Virus record (IMG/VR): IMGVR_UViG_3300027908_000001
Location: 23,167-87,166 of that record
Strand: one strand, 5' to 3'
DNA: 64,000 nucleotides
From: a virus
Lineage: Duplodnaviria; Heunggongvirae; Uroviricota; Caudoviricetes
In this document: positions 35,262 through 44,334 of the stretch, in pieces
Numbering within the stretch: position 1 is the first letter of the stretch
Layout of the letters: each line of letters opens with the position of its first letter
Position numbers and translations under genes: made by a program
Notes under the pieces: model-generated
What the model saw: only the letters and a program-made list of their open reading frames with translations
The model's database searches: none
What the model was told of the DNA's origin: nothing

Positions 35262-35542
35262 GACTTGCCAACAGCCTCAATCCAGAACCCATCTTCCTTG
35301 TGACCGAACCGGTCCGTGAGCGTACCAGCCCGGCACCCCTTCACAATGAACGGCTGACCGGAAATGTAAATCGTGGCGTTGACGGCCATCCCAGCTTTCA
35401 CAAAGAACGTTGCCGTGAAATCGTTCTTGCCTTTCCGGTTCAACTTGGCCGCTACATCCAGACAGGAGGCCGCGATTAAGACCTTGTCCGCGGTTTGGAC
35501 GGTTGGCGCGTTGCTTCCGAGGATGATGCCGGATTCGCTCAT
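35258..35542 (-). CDS. hypothetical protein (94 aa)
   Basis: Track ORF; ATGA overlaps both neighbours. Confidence 0.3.
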   Translation of the reverse strand: MSESGIILGSNAPTVQTADKVLIAASCLDVAAKLNRKGKNDFTATFFVKAGMAVNATIYISGQPFIVKGCRAGTLTDRFGHKEDGFWIEAVGKS

Positions 35543-36618
35543 GTCAGCACCGGTAAAGTTCCGAACCAGTCCGCGTCCCAGTTACACCGCCATATCATTC
35601 GTCGCATCATCTCGGGAGAGTCTCCTTCTTGTTGATGGATAAATTTGTCTGGCGAGTGTTTCAATGGGGAAGGACTCAAACCCGTACCGAGTTTTCCTCG
35701 GTCACCATCTGCCAGACTCGAAATGTCATCTTCCAGCGCGTGAACCAGCGCTCGCTTCTGTCCAATCCACCACGCCATGGCCCTGTTCGTCTCCTGCTGC
35801 CGTTTCTCGGGCATGCCGCGAAAGATGTTGCCGAGCGTATTGAATTCTTCCCAACTGGTAACAACTGGAAACGGCGGCGGACCGCCGAGTAAATCAGCCC
35901 AGTAATCGTAGTTCGCTTCCTCGGACGGACAGCGGCGCTCGACTATAGGCAAACATCCGGCTTCCAGCGATTCCCATATTCGGAAGCAGTCGGCAGTATG
36001 CGTGCCGGACGGATTCGGTGCCAGATACGCGCACGTCATCATCTGCAAATATTCCTCAACCTTGTAACCCCGGCTGTAACCGGCTGTCCGGCTCAACAGT
36101 CCGCCGTCAGTGCGCCGTCCGAGCATCTCCACGCATGCCCGGCGCTGCGGGTGTTGCATTTGACCGATGAACGCCCATGGGAACCGGCGCGAGGCGTCCG
36201 GACAGGCTGGTGCGAGCTTGGCGAGTATCTCACGCGTGCCGCCGGGCCAGCCGATGCAGAATTTTCGGTCAACCCCGGCATGCTTATCGCCGTGGGGCAT
36301 CTGCAGCCAGATTTTGCGGTTCGGCCCGAGGAGCTTGCGCCACGGGAACCGGCCTTCCTCGTCCGCCGCCACGACGACCAAGGCCCATGATAGTTTATCC
36401 AGCGCGCGCGCTATCTCGTCAGCGTAAGCGCGCTGGACCCCACCCGAGACAATCACGACGGCCCCGTGCCCATCCATCTCGGGGTCGTTGTGGTCAAGGA
36501 TATGCCTGAAAGTTAGTGTTGTCGGCCAAAGCTGGCCCGAGAACGCGTGCTGCAACATCCCGTGGCAGCGGTCGCCGCGGTTGCCGAAACACCACACCAC
36601 TGGAATTGTGTCACTCAT
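35539..36618 (-). CDS. GT47/exostosin-like glycosyltransferase (paralogue B)
   Basis: CAYLAPNPSGTHTADCFRIWESLEAGCLPIV; N-terminal VVWCFGN / GAVVIVSGG blocks parallel paralogue A. Confidence 0.45.
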   Translation of the reverse strand: MSDTIPVVWCFGNRGDRCHGMLQHAFSGQLWPTTLTFRHILDHNDPEMDGHGAVVIVSGGVQRAYADEIARALDKLSWALVVVAADEEGRFPWRKLLGPNRKIWLQMPHGDKHAGVDRKFCIGWPGGTREILAKLAPACPDASRRFPWAFIGQMQHPQRRACVEMLGRRTDGGLLSRTAGYSRGYKVEEYLQMMTCAYLAPNPSGTHTADCFRIWESLEAGCLPIVERRCPSEEANYDYWADLLGGPPPFPVVTSWEEFNTLGNIFRGMPEKRQQETNRAMAWWIGQKRALVHALEDDISSLADGDRGKLGTGLSPSPLKHSPDKFIHQQEGDSPEMMRRMIWRCNWDADWFGTLPVLT

Positions 36619-36835
36619 GCTGGAATTTGAAAGTCTTTCTCACGGCTGGTTCGGCGTCCTCAAATCGTTTGTAATCCTCGTTCCACAACTGCACGTTGCC
36701 GCTCCGTCTCCACTGTCGCGCCTGCAGGATGTACCCGGCTCGCCTGACCGTACCAAGTAGAAACATAGGGTGTCGCACCGGCTGGAAGAAGTCCGGCGGC
36801 AACGGCGGCGTTTCCTTGGTTTTGACCCAACTCAT
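36611..36835 (-). CDS. hypothetical protein (74 aa) starting MSWVK
   Basis: Track ORF; ATGA overlap with upstream gene. Confidence 0.3.
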   Translation of the reverse strand: MSWVKTKETPPLPPDFFQPVRHPMFLLGTVRRAGYILQARQWRRSGNVQLWNEDYKRFEDAEPAVRKTFKFQHE

Positions 36836-37344
36836 GAGCAGTTGATATTCAATACAATCGAGGAATGCTCACGTTCAATCCCATGCCATGAGTGAGCGCT
36901 CTTGGTGAACAAGACTATTCCCCCTTGCCGATGCCCGAATGGCACATAGGGTGCAAGATGGTTTTCTATCATCCTATCCATCACCACGACGGGGAATCCA
37001 TAGGATTTAAGTGTGGTCGGTTCTGGCAGCCATACATCGCTCCCCATAGTGCAGCGCTGTGCCAGCTCTGTTCTGTAAGCCTTTTCCACATCAGCCGATG
37101 CATACAAAACGAATTCGGCTGGCTGGCGGCGTTTCATTTGCGGGACCATCACTATTGCTTCAAGGAAGCAGTTGTAATGAAATGGTCGGTGATTCCAATC
37201 AAGGATATACTGGCTTCTTTGGAGTCCGGAATTGTGCTGCTCCTTTGCGAGTGGAAATCCGCCAACACCAAAGAAGGATAAAGCACCAATTGCCGATGAT
37301 TTTAGGAAGTCGCGTCTATTCATGCGTGATTTTACCCAACTCAT
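36832..37344 (-). CDS. Tat-signal (twin-arginine) exported protein (170 aa)
   Basis: MSWVKSRMNRRDFLKSSAIGALSFFGVGGFPLA: RRDFLK twin-arginine motif, hydrophobic h-region, AxA-like site. Confidence 0.4.
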   Translation of the reverse strand: MSWVKSRMNRRDFLKSSAIGALSFFGVGGFPLAKEQHNSGLQRSQYILDWNHRPFHYNCFLEAIVMVPQMKRRQPAEFVLYASADVEKAYRTELAQRCTMGSDVWLPEPTTLKSYGFPVVVMDRMIENHLAPYVPFGHRQGGIVLFTKSAHSWHGIEREHSSIVLNINCS

Positions 37345-37425
37345 CCGGTTTGCTCAGTTCCCTTCCGCTCGGCCAGAAAATCGGGTCGGGACAGTAATCC
37401 CATTCGTCTGGGTCGAAGGCGTTCA

Positions 37426-37800
37426 TCAGGCTTCCAATAAAATTCCGAGGACTTGAGCATTGAGCAGCGCCTCGAAATGGGCATCGGTGATACGCTCAAA
37501 CTTCAAAGCGGGGCCGAATCCAAACGCCTTGTAATGCTTGACGGGAGGACATTCATAGAACTCATCTGAACGCGCAATGACAATCAGGCAATCTCGGGTC
37601 TTGTCGAATATGAGATTGACCACTTTCACTCGCTCGCAGAGCGCGGCCATGAGGTTCCTGCCTCCATCCCGAATGATTGTCTCCATGCTCACCGAGATGA
37701 TGCCAAGCGGCGGCTTGGGCGCTATTTTGCTATCTAGTATTTCGCTCATTACGCCTCCAGCGGGATGACGGACAGAATCATGGCTCTTTCTGGTACACAT
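37426..37800 (-). CDS. hypothetical protein (124 aa)
   Basis: Track ORF. Confidence 0.3.
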   Translation of the reverse strand: MCTRKSHDSVRHPAGGVMSEILDSKIAPKPPLGIISVSMETIIRDGGRNLMAALCERVKVVNLIFDKTRDCLIVIARSDEFYECPPVKHYKAFGFGPALKFERITDAHFEALLNAQVLGILLEA

Positions 37801-37957
37801 TTTCGGTCCGGATGATTGGTATTTATGTCAGCGCAGAAGGACTTCTTTACGGTCGCCAAAGTGGCCTCATCTAGCAGTCCCTCCGTCTCAAATACGGAAT
37901 TCCCTTTTGACACGCTGCCGTTTTCACAGAGAGCCTCAATTGCCGCCATGTACTTCT

Positions 37958-38299
37958 TCATTGTCCCTCCAGTAGTTTATTAAACACGGCAATCACATCG
38001 CCTACGTCGCGCGCGATGATGTAGATGCCGCCAGCCTTTTCATACTTCTCCCGCCAGACTTTCTGCTCATCGCGCATACTATCGTGCCCAGCCTTGACCT
38101 CAATACAGAAACTTTTCCCGTTAATCACACCGGAAATATCGGGCACGCCTTTCTGTCCATACCGTACCCATCGCGTCTTGCCCGGCGCAATCGTCATCTC
38201 TCCCGCGCCAGACGAGTTCGTCCAGACATGGCAACGCGGGCCGAGGTGCGCTAGATATTCGCGCACGGCATGACTCAGTCTCTGTGCGGGTTTGCCCAC
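37958..38299 (-). CDS. VRR-NUC domain nuclease
   Basis: GVPDISGVINGKSFCIEVKAGHDSMRDEQKVWREKYEKAGGIYIIAR: VRR-NUC core (D...EvK...Q..w). Confidence 0.5.
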   Translation of the reverse strand: MGKPAQRLSHAVREYLAHLGPRCHVWTNSSGAGEMTIAPGKTRWVRYGQKGVPDISGVINGKSFCIEVKAGHDSMRDEQKVWREKYEKAGGIYIIARDVGDVIAVFNKLLEGQ

Positions 38300-38801
38300 G
38301 CGCTAGATATACGCCCTGACTGCTCGGAAAGGTAGCGCCACTTGACAGGTCGTTGGTTTCCCATCCGGGATGCTCGGCCTTCAACTTCTCGATGACCTTC
38401 TGGAGCGCGCCCAGTCTTTCGATGCCATTGTCCTTGAGAGCGGCATTCAGGAATCCATCAGCAGCTTCTTTCAGGAACTCGGCCGCCGCGACCGCCTTGT
38501 CCATCTCGTCTCGCTGCCGGTAAAACGAGGCGACGGCGTCGTTGTAGTTGGTTTCACATTCGGTGGTTTCGGCAATCCAGAAGTCGCTGTTGGTTCTCCA
38601 CCATCCGGAACACTCCTTCCAGAACAATGCGTCCGTGCGCCAGTCATCGATGATGGCCATGTCCCGCTTATGGGCAGATTCCAACTCGGCGACGTGGTCG
38701 GTGAATTGTTTGCAGGGATAGTGCGTGCCCCATGCGGCTCCGAGCGCGAACACGCAGAGCAGTGTTACGAATAGCACAGCGAATAAATCAACGCGTTTCA
38801 T
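38121..38801 (-). CDS. signal-peptide/membrane-anchored hypothetical protein (trimmed from 38121..38849)
   Basis: MKRVDLFAVLFVTLLCVFALGAAWG; 3' third overlaps VRR-NUC gene in another frame, so true 3' end uncertain. Confidence 0.3.
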   Translation of the reverse strand: MKRVDLFAVLFVTLLCVFALGAAWGTHYPCKQFTDHVAELESAHKRDMAIIDDWRTDALFWKECSGWWRTNSDFWIAETTECETNYNDAVASFYRQRDEMDKAVAAAEFLKEAADGFLNAALKDNGIERLGALQKVIEKLKAEHPGWETNDLSSGATFPSSQGVYLARGQTRTETESCRARISSAPRPALPCLDELVWRGRDDDCAGQDAMGTVWTERRARYFRCD

Positions 38802-39430
38802 GCCTCGCCTTCCACCAGCTTCTTGTACCGTATAAGCTCGCGCTGACACCGCTCCAGTTCGACGCGTAATTCAACGACCGGTCTCTCGGGACATTGCTTG
38901 GCGTGCGCGATTAACTCCTGCTGGCCGGTTTCATCTTGGTCGGAGCAATCTACCTTGAATTCGCACCACGAACAGCGACCGACCCAGCGCACTGGCCGCT
39001 GGCAGACAGCCTTGAGGATTTCGATGCAGTCCACCTTGAGCATGCTGCGATTGAGCAGGTCGGCGATGTCCCGCCGGTCTTTCACCGCTCGCTCGAAGTC
39101 TTTGCGCATGACCTCGTGCAGCTTGAACCATTCCTCCGCAGTCCTTCCCTCATAGCGCTGGTCAACGTCCGGCACCGGCTCTGGCTGCTTGTAAATCTTC
39201 GGATTTGTCCCGCCGAGCGCCTGCCATTCGGCCCACCATTGATAGGCAGTCAGTCCTTTGTATTTTTGCCGAAGCTCCATCGCCTCTGTAATTGCCTTTC
39301 GTATGGCCTCCCGCGCAACACAACATTCCACCGGCGTCGATAGATTGACTTTGTCCACAATTCGTCCAGCCCATTTATCCGCTATGTCATCAATCAAACT
39401 CATGTCGTCCCCACTTTCTTGCTGAGCCAC
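38798..39430 (-). CDS. hypothetical protein (210 aa)
   Basis: Track ORF. Confidence 0.35.
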   Translation of the reverse strand: MAQQESGDDMSLIDDIADKWAGRIVDKVNLSTPVECCVAREAIRKAITEAMELRQKYKGLTAYQWWAEWQALGGTNPKIYKQPEPVPDVDQRYEGRTAEEWFKLHEVMRKDFERAVKDRRDIADLLNRSMLKVDCIEILKAVCQRPVRWVGRCSWCEFKVDCSDQDETGQQELIAHAKQCPERPVVELRVELERCQRELIRYKKLVEGEA

Positions 39431-39642
39431 CCGATTTCCGCTTCGAGTCGCTTCGTTAATTTCGACCGCGCCCGACCGGCATCATGCTCGCTGATTATCT
39501 GCCTGCGATACAGCCGCGTGACGGCGTCGGCGTCGGCCTGCGCTTCGTCGATGAGCGACATATCCAGTTTTACACCCAAAGAGGTAAGCTGGCTGCGTAT
39601 GCTCGCTGCGTATGGCCCGAATTCCAATTCCATATCGTCTCC

Positions 39643-40266
39643 TTAATCCAGTTTCCTCACGCTACCGGTCACGTCACTGTAACCGGATGCCTGTTTCGCC
39701 AGCGGTTCCGTGGGGCAATAAACTTTGTACTCGCCGCACATCGATGAGAACGCGTGGTCGACGCTGATGCACATGCTCCCGAGCCGCTTGAGCCACTCGG
39801 ACAGCATTTTTTCGCGGACAACGTAACAGTGAAGCCCCCAGAAATGCCGGGCGACAGCGACGTGAGGTGTCAGCGGTGTTGGGGCAAGACCGGACGGATA
39901 ATAGCCGAGCCACAACGCGTCCCAATTATCGGGCACCTCATTCATGAACCGTTTGAACCGCTCGAAGTAGTCCGGCTCGAACTTCACGTCATCTTCCAGA
40001 ATCAGGGTAAGCTCGCCCCTTTCGTGAGCCAGCCGTGCTTGCAGCGCCACGCGACCGTGAGACACCAGCGCCGCATACTCGGTCGGTTTGCCACGGAAAT
40101 ATTTCGGCATCTTCACATCATCTGGCGTCACGGCGGTGAAGAACCTCGGCTGCTTGAACGCCCAGTTACAGGCTTTCAGATTCTTGCGCAATGCCCGCCG
40201 CCGGTCAGCCCGTTTCTTGAGGCTGATGCAAACTACGTCGCCGAATATCTCGTTAGCGTTTGACAT
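39643..40266 (-). CDS. glycosyltransferase family 25 (LPS/LOS beta-1,4-galactosyltransferase-like)
   Basis: VVCISLKKRADRRRALRKNL...FFTAV: GT25 signature. Confidence 0.5.
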   Translation of the reverse strand: MSNANEIFGDVVCISLKKRADRRRALRKNLKACNWAFKQPRFFTAVTPDDVKMPKYFRGKPTEYAALVSHGRVALQARLAHERGELTLILEDDVKFEPDYFERFKRFMNEVPDNWDALWLGYYPSGLAPTPLTPHVAVARHFWGLHCYVVREKMLSEWLKRLGSMCISVDHAFSSMCGEYKVYCPTEPLAKQASGYSDVTGSVRKLD

Positions 40267-40966
40267 GTCGTTGATACTTTCCGAGCCAGATGCCGCACCG
40301 ATATTCCCACGGCATCAGGCTCATGTGAATCGTCAAGTCGCCCGGCTGCCAGCTACGCTTGAGGGGCGGTCCCTTGACCTCTTCCCAGACCGACCCGATT
40401 TCATTCTCCGTACACGCATGCACCCCCTTGTAGTTCAAGTTGTGCAAAATATTGTTGAGTTGCCGTTGCTCGCGTTTCTCCTCGATGCCTTCCCGCTCGG
40501 GATGGTCGCCGCCTTCGATGAGTTGCAAAATGCGCTCCAACGTTTCCATGGAGCGCCAGTCGTGACGGAACACCAGCAACCCGGCGCAGATGTATTTCTT
40601 GTGAGTCTTGCCTAGCTCACGCATACCGGCCAACCAGTGTTTATCGTCTACGAGGTCGCCGATGTCCCGCGTGAAATCCGTGAACGCAATATCAGCGTCC
40701 GCCCAGACCACCGTGTCGAATCCGCGGCGCAACAGTTCGCGGATGTACCAAACCTTGGAGTAGACCGGAGAAATTTCGGGCCAGTAGGCGCGCGGCTCGT
40801 AGATGAACGTGTAACCCCATCGACTGGCATAATCCGCCTTGTTCGCGCGCAGGGCGTAACAGTGATACGCGATGTCGGGCGTGTCCATCGTCAACAGGGC
40901 GCGGCGCTCGCGGCGATGTTTCAGCCTAAGAATGCCCGGCGAATGTTCTTTGTCTGTTTGCTTCAT
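40253..40966 (-). CDS. GT-A fold nucleotide-sugar glycosyltransferase (GT34/GT8-like)
   Basis: FDTVVWADADIAFTD DxD-type motif. Confidence 0.35.
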   Translation of the reverse strand: MKQTDKEHSPGILRLKHRRERRALLTMDTPDIAYHCYALRANKADYASRWGYTFIYEPRAYWPEISPVYSKVWYIRELLRRGFDTVVWADADIAFTDFTRDIGDLVDDKHWLAGMRELGKTHKKYICAGLLVFRHDWRSMETLERILQLIEGGDHPEREGIEEKREQRQLNNILHNLNYKGVHACTENEIGSVWEEVKGPPLKRSWQPGDLTIHMSLMPWEYRCGIWLGKYQRHVKR

Positions 40967-41391
40967 GCCTGTTGCGGCTCAATTAACCGATAGTGGTAAG
41001 AATTCGACTCACGGAATTCAATCCATGACCGCTCTACCCATTCGAGCCAAACCACCTGCCGACCGGGGCGCACCTCTGCTCCAATCGGCACAGGCTTCCA
41101 AGCGAACCATTTCTCCCATCGATGCGGGTCGGCCTGCGTTCTCTCAATCCATCTCATGCCGAATGCCTATTCATCGCCAGAGGATGACATATCTCCAAGT
41201 GTCCCCTGACCTTTTGCAGCGTCCATTGTTCGATGCGGTCCGGGTATTTCAGGAAAATGTTGGCCAAGGAATTTGGCCTCGACCGAATCCGCCAGCGCAA
41301 CACCCCGTCCGGCACGACCACCGGCAGGCTGGGAACGTCCGACCATATCGGCGACGGGACAGCGGGCCATTTGCCTATCGATACCGCCATA

Positions 41392-41730
41392 TCACTTCAA
41401 CGCATCCACGACCGCCTGAAACAGTTTATCCTTGACCTTCTGCGCCTCGGGTAGTTCGTCATACGGAACAAGACATGGGTGCTGCTTCAAGGCCGCGTCT
41501 TTGACCGGGCCATGTGTCCAGCCGTCGTTCACCTTCGCCAGCATCCACGCGACGTGTTGCGCGTGCGGGCCGACTTGGGGATTGTTGAGGCGGAATTGCA
41601 CGCCTTGAATGGCGCTCTCACGCTGCCACTGTTCGGCATTGCCCCAGTCCTTCTGGCTGTTGTCGCCCACGGTTTCACAATACGCTTTGTTCGCTTGATG
41701 AGTTATCTTGGCTATATCTTCAACGTTCAT
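41392..41730 (-). CDS. RyR-domain protein
   Basis: IAKITHQANKAYCE...WMLAKVNDGWTHGPVKDAALKQHPCLVPYDELPEAQKVKDKLFQAVVDAL matches RyR repeat consensus (iHe.W...GW.yG...d...K.hP.LvPy.eL.e..K..dr). Confidence 0.5.
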   Translation of the reverse strand: MNVEDIAKITHQANKAYCETVGDNSQKDWGNAEQWQRESAIQGVQFRLNNPQVGPHAQHVAWMLAKVNDGWTHGPVKDAALKQHPCLVPYDELPEAQKVKDKLFQAVVDALK

Positions 41731-41748
41731 GGTTCTCCTTGATTCAGG

Positions 41749-42729
41749 TTATTCTTTCAGTCTCTCGGCAATGGCGGGTTCGTAGCTGGCGACGGTCCGC
41801 AGAAGCTCGGTCATGCGGTTATCATACGTCGATACCGCCTTGGTGCGCTCATGACCGGCAATCTGGATTCGGCGGCGGTCAGATTCGTGGGCCGGGTCGA
41901 GGTAGTGGTCAATCAATTCTTTCAATCGGGCGTATTCTCCGAACCGGTAGTAGCGAATGTGCTCGCCATCGGTCCAGATGTCCTCCATGCCCTCGACGAA
42001 AGGATGAATCAGGAATCCTCCTCGCCCGGTCGTTTCTGGCACACGGTCGCTCCAATACCGGACCTGCTTGAATCCCACATTGCAACTGTCTCCGACCATG
42101 ACGCGGCAAGAAGCGTAGAGTTGATTCAGATTGTGTCCGCGCCATGAGTCTCCATTGGCCCCGAACAATCTGAACCTCGTCCCGTAGGTTTTTTCGAGCC
42201 ACGCTATGAGTTCTCCTCTTGGATGCTCGCGGTGATATCCCCGACTGCCGCAGAAAGCCACATCGGTTATGAGGTCTACCCTCGGTTCTGCCATGTAGCA
42301 TTCGCGCTTGAGAACGCCCGGCCTGAACCAAAAATGATTGATGCCCTTGGCCTTGAATATCTCATCATGGCCGCCATCCGCCGTCCAGCAGTACCTAGCA
42401 TGCCAAAAGGGGTCGAACCCCAATGTCTTTTCTCGCTCCAGACCTATGTAAGCGTCAAGATGCACAGTCACCGTCGGAATCCGAATCCGCGCCAGCATCT
42501 GGTAGCCGTCACAGCGCAGGAATCCCATGGTGCGGGTCCATAGGAACAGGTCGGCGTCACGGCAGGCTTCGAGGATTTGCGGTAGTTCGGCGGTTTGTTC
42601 GTGAACGCGGTTGACTCTGTGCCCAAGCGATTCGAGCGTCTCGGCAATGTGCGACTCAGTCGTGAACCGCTTCTCGGCCGGTAAATCCGGCTGATGATTC
42701 CCCAGATAGACTATCGATAATTTCCCCAC
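41749..42729 (-). CDS. CgeB-like (DUF3880 + Glyco_trans_1_2-type) putative glycosyltransferase
   Basis: Overall resemblance to CgeB-like proteins by eye; weak. Confidence 0.3.
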   Translation of the reverse strand: MGKLSIVYLGNHQPDLPAEKRFTTESHIAETLESLGHRVNRVHEQTAELPQILEACRDADLFLWTRTMGFLRCDGYQMLARIRIPTVTVHLDAYIGLEREKTLGFDPFWHARYCWTADGGHDEIFKAKGINHFWFRPGVLKRECYMAEPRVDLITDVAFCGSRGYHREHPRGELIAWLEKTYGTRFRLFGANGDSWRGHNLNQLYASCRVMVGDSCNVGFKQVRYWSDRVPETTGRGGFLIHPFVEGMEDIWTDGEHIRYYRFGEYARLKELIDHYLDPAHESDRRRIQIAGHERTKAVSTYDNRMTELLRTVASYEPAIAERLKE

Positions 42730-42937
42730 CGCACCGCCTCCTTGGTTCTATGTCGCCGGTCGTTTCTTGCGCCTCGACGCTTTCTTTTTTACCGTGAGCA
42801 TGTCGAGCAATTCACGGCGCTCGTCCGGCTCGGTTATGTATGCGGTCTCTCCACTGCGAAATCTCACGGTGCCATTCCGCCCCATGTGAATGATTTCCTT
42901 GAGATTGAAAGCTTGTTCGCCGATTCGTACCAGCATA

Positions 42938-43294
42938 TCACACTGCCTCTCTCCGTTGCCGCAACTTCCAGTTCACGACCCCGAGCAGTTCGTTCACCGT
43001 CATGTCAGCGCACCGGCGGCGCAGCAGTTCTTTGCGCGGCTCCTTCTTACCCGATGATGGCACTCCCATAAACTTCATGGTGACATCATAGTATGAATCG
43101 CCGTAGATTTCATAGTACTCAGGCCCGTGGTCGGAGCCTACTCGGCGTCCTCGGTGCTGTACCGATACCTCGGTGTTCGTCAGGACGGCATTGGACAATG
43201 AGAATCCCTGCGCCTCCTGCCCGAACACCAACTCGCCGTCGCCGAACAGTACCGAGCTATCAGGCGTCCACAACATCGGCGGCGACTTCGGCAA
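42938..43294 (-). CDS. hypothetical protein (118 aa)
   Basis: Track ORF. Confidence 0.3.
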   Translation of the reverse strand: MPKSPPMLWTPDSSVLFGDGELVFGQEAQGFSLSNAVLTNTEVSVQHRGRRVGSDHGPEYYEIYGDSYYDVTMKFMGVPSSGKKEPRKELLRRRCADMTVNELLGVVNWKLRQRREAV

Positions 43295-43580
43295 TGTCTT
43301 TGTCCCGTAGCGCTGTCAGTTGCGCTTTCATCTCGGCTAGTGTGCGCTCCGCGGCATCGATTTCACGAAGCCGTTCCTTCACGAATTCTTTGGCGAGCGA
43401 CTTCTTTTCGTCCTTGAGTTCGTCCGCTGCCTCCTGCATGATTTCATCTACTTTCACTGTGTCCTCCTTGGTTGACTGCGAAATTACGGGGGTTACTCTC
43501 CACCCCCAAAGTCGCGCTATTGTCACAGCGTTTGTGGCCTGATGTGGTTGCCGCTTCACCCTGCTTTGCCACCGGTGCAC
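43260..43580 (-). CDS. coiled-coil hypothetical protein (106 aa)
   Basis: Track ORF. Confidence 0.3.
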   Translation of the reverse strand: MHRWQSRVKRQPHQATNAVTIARLWGWRVTPVISQSTKEDTVKVDEIMQEAADELKDEKKSLAKEFVKERLREIDAAERTLAEMKAQLTALRDKDIAEVAADVVDA

Positions 43581-43729
43581 CGTTAGGTATCAGGGATATA
43601 TCAGGCGTCGTTGCGCGTCTGCGGTCGAGCCGCAATCTTAAAATTTCTATTGCCCACTCTCCTTGGTTGAGTGGCGTTGTACGGCATCCGTGAAAACTTG
43701 TCAACAGGTTTTCCGGGAAAATCTTTCGG

Positions 43730-43918
43730 TCAGTACGCCGACCAGTATTTCCGGGCCAGCCGGTCGAACACCAGCAATACCAAGAACGCAATCCATCCGA
43801 CGACGCCAAGCACCTTGTCGCGTTGGGCAATGTGCCGACCGCGTTTACCGGACACGACCATGCAGCATAGGGTGAACAGCAGTCCGACGAGCAGATAGAG
43901 TTCGGTGCCAATTATCAT
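43730..43918 (-). CDS. small 2-TM membrane protein (62 aa)
   Basis: LYLLVGLLFTLCCMVVS...VVGWIAFLVLLVF. Confidence 0.3.
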   Translation of the reverse strand: MIIGTELYLLVGLLFTLCCMVVSGKRGRHIAQRDKVLGVVGWIAFLVLLVFDRLARKYWSAY

Positions 43919-44334
43919 GTAGGCTTCTCCTGTAGTTTGGTGAGCAGCGCGCAGCGGCAGATGGCCAGCGGGGCGGTCGCGGATGCTGAAGGGTATTCCT
44001 CGTGCTCTCGGAGTTCGCAGCTTACCAGCGGTACATCAGTTCCGCCTACCGAATCAACAGTGACGAGCGTGGCGCGAAAGGCGTACCAGCCATCATCTGC
44101 CTTAACTACCGACATCCCGAGCGACACGACCAGCGGCCATGCGTCGGCGATATGCGTGCCCGGCGAGAACTGTCCTATGTGCTGCTTCGAGTGCCGCTTG
44201 CCGTCATCCCGGCTGTCCCAGTAGCGGCAGACCTCGCTGAAATGCGTGGCAATCAGGTAATTTAATTCTTCTGCATCCATCGCGGCGACCATATCAGCGG
44301 TCAGCGGCACCGATTTGGTGATGTGAATGGTCAT
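43915..44334 (-). CDS. hypothetical protein (139 aa)
   Basis: Track ORF; ATGA overlap. Confidence 0.3.
   Translation of the reverse strand: MTIHITKSVPLTADMVAAMDAEELNYLIATHFSEVCRYWDSRDDGKRHSKQHIGQFSPGTHIADAWPLVVSLGMSVVKADDGWYAFRATLVTVDSVGGTDVPLVSCELREHEEYPSASATAPLAICRCALLTKLQEKPT

Noticed and set aside
36611-37344. Interpreting the two MSWVK-initiated ORFs as one frameshifted gene
   Set aside because: They are separated by a stop with an ATGA overlap, and the downstream 74-aa product has no similarity to the continuation expected from the Tat-signal protein; kept as separate genes with a duplicated start context.
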